Source of the DNA: Bryobacterales bacterium
GTDB taxonomy: Bacteria; Acidobacteriota; Terriglobia; Bryobacterales; UBA6623
Assembly: GCA_028819235.1 (NCBI GenBank)
Contig: JAPPMC010000173.1
Span: forward strand, 4,165 to 68,164
Length of the DNA: 64,000 nt
Direction: 5' to 3'
Shown: piece after piece, positions 38,761 to 48,114 of the stretch
Position numbering within the stretch: position 1 is the first letter of the stretch
How the letters are laid out: the number at the start of each line of letters is the position of its first letter
Notes under the pieces: model-generated
Told to the model about the DNA's origin: nothing
The model's database searches: none
Seen by the model: only the letters and a program-made list of their open reading frames with translations
Made by a program: the position numbers and the translations under genes

Positions 38761-39192
38761 ATGCCGACATTCAGAGGCCAGATCAGAGACGATCAGATCA
38801 TCCTCATAGCCTCGATTGCTGTTTCGCAGGCGAACGCCGGTAGTCGGAATTCTTACAAGGCGTTGTTGGACACCTTATCGTAGGTGACCATGGCTTCCGA
38901 GAAGGTGGTCCGAGAGGTCGGCTTGCAGCCGGTCGGGAACAGACAGATCGTCCCCGTTCCCCGAGATCCCGTCGTCACCGAGAAGTATCGCGTGAGGGTA
39001 GACATCCCGATTGACACACCGGTACAAGGAAGCGAGGGCAACGTGACGCTTGAGAGAACGCTTCGCGGGATGGACATGGAGGTCGCGCGCCTGCCCTACG
39101 AGCCCAAGTACCATGATGTCCTCCTCGGAATGGATTTCCTTCAGGGTTTCCACTTTACAATCTACGATGGGACGTTCATTCTCAGCAGCTGA
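38761..39192 (+). pseudogene. retropepsin-like (clan AA) aspartic protease gene interrupted by an in-frame TAG and with a degenerate DTG motif
   Basis: The ATG at 38761 has AGGAGA upstream. It reads ...SYKALLDTLS then a TAG (38881-38883), then continues in the same frame VTMASEKVVREVGLQPVG...DVLLGMDFLQGFHFTIYDG. The pattern xALxDTGAxxxxISxxxAxxLGL ... LLGMDFL is that of bacterial retropepsin-like proteases. Here DTGA has become DTLS followed by a stop. Confidence 0.5.
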
Positions 39193-39511
39193 GTCTATCG
39201 ACCCAAGTCGGTCACGTCATAAACGACTGTCCAGAATCCTATTTCGGCTACTAGGAATGATCCGTGACAGATCACCTACACGCAGTTCTCAAGGAGAAGG
39301 CTGCGTAGCAAGCTCCCGTCGCCGTACTCTACATTGGAAACGTCTCGGAGTCTTCTGTAGCTCGGGCTGACGTCTCGGAAGTCTGGATCGTCATGCCCCG
39401 CATGGTCACCTGTACTGGCGTGGACGAATCGCACACCGGTGGGCCTCGGCTCGTCGAACCCTTCTTGCACACTAGCAACTCGGTTGCTACCCGACGGCTC
39501 CCCCGACAGTC

Positions 39512-40291
39512 CTACCTCCAGGTCACTTCCATAGCGAAGAAGTGGTCAAACACCTCCCGGTCCGGGTGGTTGGCCTCGTTCTTCTCCGGACTGCGGATGT
39601 AGAAGTCCAGCTGCTGGAGCGCCGGATTCACCGCTCCGGCCTCGGTTGTCTTCCCATCCATCGGGTAGTGCGCGACCAGCTCCCTGTCACGCATGCCCTG
39701 CGTCACCATGAAATGGATCTCGTAGTCCTCATACAGATCTGCGTCGTTCAGGGTCACGGAGCCGATTCCCCATCCCGCCACGTACAGCAGACTCTTGGGC
39801 CAGTTTGCGTCGCCGCAGCCTGAGTCGCCATGCTCGAACAAGAAAGCAGCGATCCCACCGTCCTGGCACGGGCTGAACTCCTTGATTTCCTCGAGATTCA
39901 TTACATACTTCCCCTCCGGTAGCTCGAGTTCGGCCCGGAAGGTACCGGTGTTGTCAATCTCGTTCACGTCGATCTCGGCCGTGCCACCCACTGGGCGCAA
40001 GTTCGTGCCGGCGTTCCCCATGTGATCCCACGGGCTCTGGTCATTCAATGTGCCGACCTGATAGATCCGGCTTCCGCTGATGATGAAGCGCCCGTCATAC
40101 AAGGCGTGCTGATCCGGCGCGTAAAGGCCCATCTCCGTACCTGGCTGGGTGCGCGGACCGCGCTCGGGCTCGACCCCTTCCGGTGCGCCGCTGTCCCCAA
40201 TCGGAGTGCAGGACAAGGCGATCAACAGCGTTACGAGCACAAGTGCCCGTAGCGGGGTGATCGCACGTTGGACCAGAGTCGGGTCGTTCAT
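39512..40291 (-). CDS. hypothetical lipoprotein
   Basis: Lipobox LLIALSC after a hydrophobic leader; 259 aa with coherent composition; 19 nt downstream of the LbH gene on the same strand. I recognise no family. Confidence 0.6.
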   Translation of the reverse strand: MNDPTLVQRAITPLRALVLVTLLIALSCTPIGDSGAPEGVEPERGPRTQPGTEMGLYAPDQHALYDGRFIISGSRIYQVGTLNDQSPWDHMGNAGTNLRPVGGTAEIDVNEIDNTGTFRAELELPEGKYVMNLEEIKEFSPCQDGGIAAFLFEHGDSGCGDANWPKSLLYVAGWGIGSVTLNDADLYEDYEIHFMVTQGMRDRELVAHYPMDGKTTEAGAVNPALQQLDFYIRSPEKNEANHPDREVFDHFFAMEVTWR

Positions 40292-40310
40292 GGATCGAAG
40301 CGTACCATGC

Positions 40311-41540
40311 CTAGTCCCAGCGCCGACCGGTGGTCACTTCGTAATTGACAAGGGACTTGGCTTGGATCGTGATGCCTTCCACAAGGCCCTGCAGCCACGC
40401 CTCGGCGTGGCCCGATTCCGGCGCGGCCCGCACGGAGTCTATGTGGCTCAGACCGCCTTCCCGGGCATTACGGTAGCCACGCATGAAGTCGAAGGGTGGC
40501 GGCATTCCGTCCAATCGAGCTTCCAACAACCGCCTCATCTCTTTCCATGTACGCACCAAGTGCGCGTGTTCACGAGCTGTGGGCCTCGCCCAAGGCGCTG
40601 CACCACCATCTCCTTGTCCAAGGACTGAGACGGCCCTGCTCAGGCGCTTAATCCGCTCTGAGGCTTGCGCTTCGATTCGCCCTCGCGCCGCAGCGTAGAG
40701 AGTTCGTTCTCGACTGTCGGAGTATGGCAACCGCACGTTCTTGTACCAGGAGTCGAACGCACGCAGGGTCGCAACCAGTCTCGCCGTGGTGACGAATGCC
40801 CTTGCTACACTGCCACGCTTCCTTCGGTCGAAGCCATTGATCTTGGCGTTTCGGCCTGAGGTCGCTATCAAGGTGTTCGCGGACACTGACCTGCGGATGG
40901 TGGAACCCGCGGCCAGCACTGCGCCGAAGCCAATCTCCACGGGGCCGACGATTCCGCACGTGCCCCCGATGAAGACGGGATCTTCCCGAAGCAGAACCCC
41001 ACGAATGCCTCCCAACAGGCTGCCCCACTTATCGCCCCAAGGGTCGAAGTTGTAGTGCACGGCTGCCGACCCCACCTCCGTGTGGTCCCGCCGGGACGTG
41101 CCTCCGCTCAGGAACACGTCGCAGAAGTTGATCAACGATCCGGCGACGCAACAGGCCGTGAATGTGGTGTTCTTCAGCGCCACGCAATGAGCTAGGTCAA
41201 CTTCCTCTTCTAGCAGCGTGCCCGGTCGGATTTCGGCGAAGCCTCGAATCTTCACGCCATCCAGGAAGGTCGCAGACTGGTACATGCCCGATCCAAGCTC
41301 AACGTTCCGCCCGATTTGGCAATCGTCGACTTCTGCATGGCCACTTGTGCCGATCACTGAACCGGCGCCAATCGACAGCGTGGCGCCCGACAGGGTCGCT
41401 TGCCGCACGACAGCACCCGCTTCTATCGCATCCAGGTCTACGCTGGAATCTACGTAGACGCGTTCCGGTCCCCAGACCTCAACGCCCTTGGCGCGCAGCT
41501 CACTGACGCGCTTTCGATTGCCGGTCTCGTCGAACTTCAT
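40311..41540 (-). CDS. left-handed beta-helix (hexapeptide-repeat) protein, GlmU-C-terminal-like, with helical C-terminal domain
   Basis: From the ATG at 41540 (MKFDETGNRK...). Repeated hexapeptide-type turns (...IGAGSVIGTSGHAEVDDCQIGRNVELGSG..., ...VFIGGTCGIVGPVEIGFGAVLAAGSTI...). The sequence upstream of 41540 in the ORF is unlikely to be coding. Confidence 0.7.
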   Translation of the reverse strand: MKFDETGNRKRVSELRAKGVEVWGPERVYVDSSVDLDAIEAGAVVRQATLSGATLSIGAGSVIGTSGHAEVDDCQIGRNVELGSGMYQSATFLDGVKIRGFAEIRPGTLLEEEVDLAHCVALKNTTFTACCVAGSLINFCDVFLSGGTSRRDHTEVGSAAVHYNFDPWGDKWGSLLGGIRGVLLREDPVFIGGTCGIVGPVEIGFGAVLAAGSTIRRSVSANTLIATSGRNAKINGFDRRKRGSVARAFVTTARLVATLRAFDSWYKNVRLPYSDSRERTLYAAARGRIEAQASERIKRLSRAVSVLGQGDGGAAPWARPTAREHAHLVRTWKEMRRLLEARLDGMPPPFDFMRGYRNAREGGLSHIDSVRAAPESGHAEAWLQGLVEGITIQAKSLVNYEVTTGRRWD

Positions 41541-42149
41541 CGAGTGACCAGTTTCCCACGGTGCGCAAAACACGCCTCCGCAGCTGGCGATAGTCGAGCC
41601 CGTAGGACCAGTGGATTCGACAGCACTGAAGGGGGTTGGGGGTCTGCCAACACGGCAGGGATCTAAGGCCTCTTGCTCTCTTCGGCTTGCTCCGGGCTCA
41701 AGAGCGGTGGATTCGCCCGGGTGGCCAGCCTCGGCGAGATGCAACGTGGTGCGACCACCGCGGTCCAGCCCAGACGCTACGACCTCGGGCGGACCGATCG
41801 CTTCGTGCTGCCACGGCGACTAGTGGCCGTCATGCCATCGAATCCCTTCAGCCGTGGCCGGGCCCCATGGGGTAGGAGGTTTTCCCGGCCAGACCCTCAA
41901 GGGATGTCGCGCAATGCCGGATCGGCGAGGTGAAACGCTGGCTACCTGCAGGCTGGTTCTGATGCGCTTGGCGTAGTGAGTGCTCCCAGAAGGATCCGCC
42001 CCACTCTCGGTCGACTTTGGTGCTCGTCGCATGAAGAAGACGGCCGTCACCGCGGGGCAAGACCGTGGGCGGCAGTAGCCTGTTTCTTGGCCTCCTTGCC
42101 GGACCAGCCTCATCGAAGTCCATCGTGGCCCCTGCCACAGTCGGGCGAA

Positions 42150-42960
42150 GTCCGTTCCGGCGGAGGCGTCAGTTGCTTCCGCGACCCGTGTCTTCGGACA
42201 ACCACGGCCTGAGCTGCACCAGCTTCATCCGCACCTCGGCGAAGCGGAAGATGTCCAGATCCTTCATCAGCACGTCGACGACCCCCTTGGCCGTCCGAGG
42301 CAGGCTGTAGCGCCGAAGGACACCACCTTGGACGAATGTCGCTTGTCACGGTGCACCAGCGTGATGACGGGTCGGTCCGAGTCGGGGGTTAAGTCCATGG
42401 CCCTTCCGACTCTGAACACCGGCGTTCCCGGGACGGACGAATGCGACAGCTTGCCGGCCCGGTCCGTCTGCGGGCTGCCAATGAGCGCCACACGGACGTG
42501 CCTACTTCGGGTCATGCCAAAGGACTTGGCCGAGTCGAAGTGCCTTGCACCTCGCATGGTTGTGACTGGGCTCTTGCCAGAGTTGACCGCGTAGTCAATT
42601 GCCCCGCCAGTCCCCCGTTCGGGTCCGACAACAAGCATGCCGTGCTCCGATTGCATGGGGCCGCCCCCGACCGTGGATGAGGCAGTTCGGGTCGCTGGTG
42701 ACCTCGGCGCAAAGTGCACGACCTCCATCGGCGGGGCCCGACCACCGGTTGGACCACGCGTTCGGCGCCAGGTTCGACAGGCTGTCTGCCGAGACGCACG
42801 CGATCCTGCTGCCGCACGCCGTCGTGCACAGCGCGCCGTCCGCAACGGAGGAAAGGCACCTCGTCGCCCGTACCCGCTGAGTCGATGACGCCGCACTCGG
42901 CCTCCATCAGCTGGCCGGGCGGATCGGAGCCCGGACTGCCCGGTGTCGAGTCGGCGTGAC
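42150..42960 (+). pseudogene. relic of a maleylacetate reductase-like iron-containing alcohol dehydrogenase (multiple frameshifts)
   Basis: The + frame at 42740-42830 reads HRLDHAFGARFDRLSAETHAILLPHAVVHSAPS. This matches the family pattern HKLCHxLGGxFxLPHAETHxxxLPHAxxxNAP in both residues and spacing. Upstream, in other + frames, are weaker matches (CTSVMTGRSESGVKSMAL vs C.VVAxGGGSxxGxxKAxAL; RVMPK vs RVLPR). No single frame is intact, and the boundaries are approximate. Part of the region (42169-42330) looks more coding-like on the minus strand, so the interpretation is not secure. Confidence 0.35.
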
Positions 42961-43172
42961 CGCAGGTGACCTCAATGTGGTCGCGGAGATTGGCCCTTGG
43001 GGCTTACTTGGGAACACTGAACCCCTAACTGTAGAGAGGGGTCGGGCGATGCTGGAGGATGTTCGAAGGACGCGCTCCGTGGCCGGTGTGATGTGGTCGG
43101 TGACGGGAGTGGCAAAGAACGGAAGCAAGCGGGTGGAGACTCGTATCAGAAGGGACAAGAGGAGGAAACAGA

Positions 43173-43995
43173 ATGCTGCAGCAAAGCAAACGACTGATTG
43201 AGCCGACCCGTCGGCAGGCACTCGCGGCCGGAGGTACCGCACTCGGCTCGCTGATCGTCGGACCAGGTTTCTCGCGCGCCGCCGAGTGCCTACTGACCTC
43301 TCGGCAGATCGACGGGCCCTACCACATCAGCGATGTGGACAACCGAAGCGATGTGCGAGGGGGCAAGCCTGGAGAGGACCTGATTCTCCGGATGAAGGTA
43401 GTCGACGCTGGCACCTGCGAGGCCATCGCCGGAGTAGAGGACGGAAATCTGGTCCTGCGACGCTCTCGGCAACTACAGTGGCCATCCGGATGTCGACCCC
43501 AACGTCCCACCAGGAGGCGGTGGCGGCCCGCGGGGCGGAAGACCCGGTGGACCGCCGGGAGGAAGCGCCAGACGGCCAAGGGGAGAAGGTGGTCCGCCCC
43601 CCGGGTTCGGCGGCCGACTCGGTGGCCACCGTGAGCCGACCGGTCCGCAGCGGTTCCTGAGGGGCACCCAAGCGGCAAACGACCAGGGCGAAGTGGAGTT
43701 TCTCACCATCTACCCGGGCTGGTACAACCCGCGTGCCGTCCACGTGCACGTGAAGGTGCAGCTTGGCGGGAGCGAGCTGCTCACAACGCAGCTTTACTTC
43801 CCAGACGACCTCACCGACACTATCCACCAACTGGAACCCTACGTTGCGAGGCACCCTACGCCTTTCCGCAACTCCAATGACTTTGTCATGCGGGTCGGGC
43901 CCACCGGAGGCGATCCCGTGGGCGTGTTCCCGACGATGACGGCCGAAGGCAAGACGCAGGTCGGCACCATCACCATCGGTGTCGAACGGACCTGA
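43173..43995 (+). pseudogene. Tat-secreted intradiol ring-cleavage dioxygenase, disrupted by a +1 frameshift near 43435-43445
   Basis: Frame 0: GGAGGA SD, MLQQSKRLIEPTRRQALAAG (Tat), GPYH...RSDVRGGKPGEDLILRMKVVDAGTCEAIAGV. Frame +1 from 43444: EIWSCDALGNYSGH...RFLRGTQAANDQGEVEFLTIYPGWYNPRAVHVHVKV...TTQLYFPDD. Together these give the full intradiol dioxygenase pattern; neither frame is complete alone. A TAG at 43435-43437 closes frame +1 upstream. Confidence 0.75.
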
Positions 43996-44013
43996 CGAAG
44001 GAGGTGGTTGGCA

Positions 44014-45526
44014 ATGAGAACCGGAGATCGGGCAGCACTGCTCGCGCTGCTGCTGTCGCCCTTGGCGCCGGCGGGATTGGTAGCCAGTCCCAATATCGTG
44101 CTGATGATGGCCGATGACGTCGGGTGGAACGACGTCGGTTTCAACAACAGCGAGATCAGGACGCCGGCGATCGACAAGCTGGTTGCGGACGGGCTGCGGC
44201 TGGATCGTTACTATGCCTCCTCTTTGTGTACCCCGACGCGGGTTGCCATCATGACCGGTCGGTCACCCCTGCGATTCGGGATGGCCAGCCCGATCATCGA
44301 CCACGGCGGCCTGCCTCTGGACGAGACCACCATGGGAGACGTCTTCCAGGCGGCTGGGTATCAGACGTGGTACGCGGGCAAGTGGCATCTTGGCCACAGC
44401 AAGCGAGCGTACTTTCCGAACGAGCGCGGCTGGAGCCACTCGTACGGCTCGCTGACAGGCGGCCTAGACCACTACTCCCACAACAGCGATGTGCTGATGG
44501 GTGCTCCCGACTGGCATAGGAATGGCAAGGCTCTCGAGGAAGAAGGTCACACGACCGACCGCGGAGGCCGTGCGTCTGATCGAGGGCCGTGACAGGGAAC
44601 GCCCGTTCCTGCTGTACCTGTCTTGGAACGCCCCGCACACGCCCTTGCAGGCGTCTGAGGAGCACCTCCGGCAGTACGCCCAGATTGAGGACGATGTTCG
44701 ACGAACTTATGCCGCGATGATGACGCACCTTGACGAGTCGGTCGCGGAAGTGATCGCTGCGCTGGAACGAGAGGATCTCCGTGAGAGCACACTTGTGATC
44801 TGGATGAGCGACAACGGGGGCTACCCGGTGGGAGGTGGTGACAACAGCCCGTTTCGAGGAGGCAAGGGCAGCCCGCTCGAAGGCGGCACGAGGGTTCCCG
44901 CCCTCGTGAACTTCCCCGGCATGATCAAGCCCGGGACCCTGGCACAGCTGGTGAGCGCTCACGACTGGCTCCCGACGCTGATCTCTGCGAGCGGCATCGA
45001 ACGTCAGGTCGGGAACCCCTTCGACGGATTCGACATGTGGCCGGCGATCTCGGTCGGTGAGCAGGTCGAGCGGGGAGACCTGATCCTCGGGAGCCGCTTC
45101 GGCCGAGCTCTCTTCCGCGGGCGATGGAAGTACGTCGAGACGGTACCCGGATGGCTGGGGCTCGGGGGCCGTGCTCCCGCGGTCCGGCCCTCCCTCGGAG
45201 CGGGGCGCCGGCCGGCAGGCGGAGGGCGTCGTGGGGGCCCACCCGGAACCAACGGCCCCGGAGCGGCCCGGGAACAGGCTTTGTACGACTACCGCGCAGA
45301 CCCCACCGAGACGAACAGCTTGGCCGTCGAGTACCCCGATGTGGTGGAGGAGCTTGCAGCCGTCGCCAGGGAGATCGGTCGCGATGCATCGCCACTACCG
45401 GGGGGGGGCAGCCTGCGCGACGGGGGAAGGTTCGTGCGGACGGGGCCGCTCAAGGGCTTTCCGGAGGACCGCGGGGCGCATGTTGTCGACCGCGTCGACG
45501 AAGACCAGTCCCAGCAAGCGCGTTGA
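44014..45526 (+). pseudogene. sulfatase (formylglycine type) disrupted by a frameshift near 44558-44562
   Basis: First frame: signal, NIVLMMADDVGWND, SSLCTPTRVAIMTGRS (CxPxR), GKWHLGH, ...WHRNGKALEEEGHTTD, then an out-of-frame tail to the TGA at 44592. Second frame continues TAEAVRLIEGRDRERPFLLYLSWNAPHTPLQ...VIWMSDNGG...GGKGSPLEGGTRVP. The junction sits in ACGACCGACCGCGGAGG. GAAGGAGG lies upstream of the ATG at 44014. Confidence 0.8.
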
Positions 45527-45700
45527 TCCCCCAGGTCGTGCCTCAGGCGCCGTCGCCCCAGCACGGGCAGCTACCCCGCCCTCGGCACCAACACCTACTG
45601 GCATCGCCGAACAATGATTGCCATTGGTCGGTGAGGTAACCAGGCCTCGATGCAGGGAGGGCCTGTGCTCGTGTACAGTATTCGCAAGGTAAACATCCCC

Positions 45701-46762
45701 ATGTCTCGTTCACTGATCACCGGGCTCTTCGCCGCACTCCTACTGTTCGCTTGGAATGCTGGCTTTGCGCCCTCCCCCTCCTCCGCCGACAGCCACCTCA
45801 CGAGTGGCCAGGGCAATTACAAGTTCAAGGTGGCCTACAAGTCGGACCACCTACCGAGCGAGGCTCAGGCCGTCTTGGAGAAAGCCCACGGGGGTTTCGC
45901 AATTGACCGCCGGGACGGGAAGGGCGAGGTCTACTTCTCGCTTCCCGGCGCCGGCATCATCCAGATCAGCAGCGATCTCGGGTCGACCCGCATGATCGAG
46001 ACCGACGCGAAGATGAAGCCGCACAACATGCACAACGCCACCATCTGGTACGACTCGGGCGGCGAGCCCCACCTGACATTCCCCGGGAACGGCAATGCCA
46101 CCGTCTATACGACCGGACTGGACGGCAAGATCCAGCATGAGCTCACCTCGCCTTCGGGCGATCTCGGCGCTCCCGCGGCGACCGACTATTTCATGGGTCG
46201 CGGGAACTTCGTGCCAACTGACGTTGAGGAACTCGACGGGCTGCTGTACGTCGCCACAGGCTATTCGGCGCTTGACTACGTGATCACGGCCAAGGTCGAG
46301 AGTACGAATCCGTTCAAGGTGTCCTGGTTCGATCTCTCGTTCGGAGGCAAGGGCAGTGGCGCCGGCCAGTTCGGAACCGGTCACGGCATCACCGTTCCGG
46401 GAGGCACCAAGCGCATTGATGTGGCAGACCGCCCGAACGCCGAGATCGACCGCTTCACCAGGCACGGCCAATACATCTCGACCCTCAGGCTCCCGCTCGG
46501 CTCCTATCCCTGCGATGTCGATTACCTTGACAATCTGGGCGTTGTCGGCGCGCTGCACGGCGCTGACCGGCCACAGGGCGCGCCGATCTACATCTTGGAA
46601 GACGACAAGCTCGTCTCCACCATCCTGCCGAAGGCCGAACTCGGGCTGGAGAACTTCCAGCACGTCCACAATGCAGTCCTGCACCGTGCGAATGGCAAGC
46701 TGTACGTCATCGCCCAGGCTTGGAACCCCGGAGACTTTGCCATCTTCGAGCAGGTGATGTAG
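45701..46762 (+). CDS. secreted NHL-repeat / six-bladed beta-propeller-like protein
   Basis: The ATG at 45701 gives the signal MSRSLITGLFAALLLFAW. NHL-like units are present (GKGSGAGQFGTGHGITV..., LYVATGYS..., KLYVIAQ). The fold call comes from the repeat pattern only. Confidence 0.6.
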   Translation: MSRSLITGLFAALLLFAWNAGFAPSPSSADSHLTSGQGNYKFKVAYKSDHLPSEAQAVLEKAHGGFAIDRRDGKGEVYFSLPGAGIIQISSDLGSTRMIETDAKMKPHNMHNATIWYDSGGEPHLTFPGNGNATVYTTGLDGKIQHELTSPSGDLGAPAATDYFMGRGNFVPTDVEELDGLLYVATGYSALDYVITAKVESTNPFKVSWFDLSFGGKGSGAGQFGTGHGITVPGGTKRIDVADRPNAEIDRFTRHGQYISTLRLPLGSYPCDVDYLDNLGVVGALHGADRPQGAPIYILEDDKLVSTILPKAELGLENFQHVHNAVLHRANGKLYVIAQAWNPGDFAIFEQVM

Positions 46763-46849
46763 GCGCCAATCCGGGCCCGCCCGCCCACAGCCGTTGATGC
46801 GCATGCCAGCACAGCAGGTGTGTGCCTCTGTAGCCAGAGCGTCACTGCC

Positions 46850-48022
46850 ATGCCCGATCTGATTGCGCCTTCGACAGTCGAGGAACTGCGCGATGCCGTC
46901 CACGAATGCGGCCGGCAGGAGGCCACTGTCGAGCTCGGAGGCTCGTTCTCCAAGCGGTCCTTCGGCGGACCCGTCGCCCCTGCCGACCGTCGCATCGAAA
47001 CGGCTCGGCTGAATCGAGTGCTGGCCTACGAGCCGGCAGACCTGACCGTGAGCGTCGAGGCGGGCATGGCGATTGCCGAACTCAACCACATCCTGGCCCG
47101 CAACAACCAATTCCTTCCGCTCGACCCGCCCTGTTTCGACAGCGCCACTGTGGGCGGTGTGCTCGCGTCGAACTCCAGCGGCAGCCGCCGAAGGCGCTAC
47201 GGCACGGCGCGGGACATGGTCATCGGCATGCGATTCGCGACGCTCGACGGCAAGCTCGTCAGTTCTGGGGGCATGGTCGTCAAGAACGTGACCGGCTTGG
47301 ACATGGGAAAGCTCATGATCGGATCCTTCGGCACGCTGGCCGCGATTGCCTCTGCGAACTTTAAGGTGTTTCCGAAGCCAGAGTCGTCGGCGTCGTTTCT
47401 GTTCCGGTGCAGCTCCGTGGAACCGCTGCTTGCCGTCCGGTCGGCGATTCTCACCGGCCAGCTGCAACCCGTCGCAATCGATTGGCTGGATCCAAGCGTT
47501 GCCCAGTTCTTGGGCCTGGAAGCAGCGCACTCTCTGCTTGTCGAGGCGACCGGAAGCGAGGCGGTGACCCGGCGCTATCGAGGTGCGTTCGAAGCCTTGG
47601 CAGCGTCGGAGGGCGTTGATTTCGAGGGAATTGAAGCAGATGTCTGGAGCCGGGTCCGCGAGGGCGGCCCAAGTTGGCTCTCTGCCCATCCTGCCGGCGC
47701 GTTGCTGCGGGTATCTACGGTCCTGTCAAGGCTCGGGGAATTGCTCAGCGTGGCCGGCAGTGTCGGATGCGGAGCGTCCCTTCGGGCCGGGAACGCCACA
47801 GGCACGGTGATGGCCACCAATGCCGCAAGCGCCCGCGCTGCCCTCAGCACGCTTCGACGTGCGGGCATGCTGGCCACGCTGGAGGCCGGTCCCGACGCCC
47901 TGAAGCAAGAAGTTGAGCAGTGGGCCCCGCGCGCGGCCGAACTGCTCCTGATGCAGCGCATCAAGGCGGACTTCGATCCCCTTGTCGTCCTGAACCGCGG
48001 TCGGCTTTACGGCGTTCTCTAG
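46850..48022 (+). CDS. FAD-binding oxidoreductase, glycolate oxidase subunit GlcE-like
   Basis: PCMH-type FAD-binding domain: ...VELGGSFSKRSFGG..., RVLAYEPADLTVSVEAGMAIAELN, RYGTARDMVIGMRFATLDGKLVSSGGMVVKNVTGLDMGKLMIGSFGTLA. No glcD/glcF is adjacent. Confidence 0.75.
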   Translation: MPDLIAPSTVEELRDAVHECGRQEATVELGGSFSKRSFGGPVAPADRRIETARLNRVLAYEPADLTVSVEAGMAIAELNHILARNNQFLPLDPPCFDSATVGGVLASNSSGSRRRRYGTARDMVIGMRFATLDGKLVSSGGMVVKNVTGLDMGKLMIGSFGTLAAIASANFKVFPKPESSASFLFRCSSVEPLLAVRSAILTGQLQPVAIDWLDPSVAQFLGLEAAHSLLVEATGSEAVTRRYRGAFEALAASEGVDFEGIEADVWSRVREGGPSWLSAHPAGALLRVSTVLSRLGELLSVAGSVGCGASLRAGNATGTVMATNAASARAALSTLRRAGMLATLEAGPDALKQEVEQWAPRAAELLLMQRIKADFDPLVVLNRGRLYGVL

Positions 48023-48114
48023 CGAACTCGACGTGTCATTATAACAACACTTGAGTGTGTCATTACCTCCATTCGGGCGGGCCTTGGAAATGGGCCGAAG
48101 ACCTGCTATGAAGG

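Noticed and set aside
38881-38883. In-frame TAG codons (also at 17555-17557) as possible pyrrolysine or amber recoding.
   Set aside because: TAG is used as a normal stop in this window (for example secG at 1699-1701 and the GlcE-like gene at 48020-48022). In both cases the surrounding catalytic motifs are also degraded (DTGA to DTLS; WCxPC lost). No pyl genes are seen.
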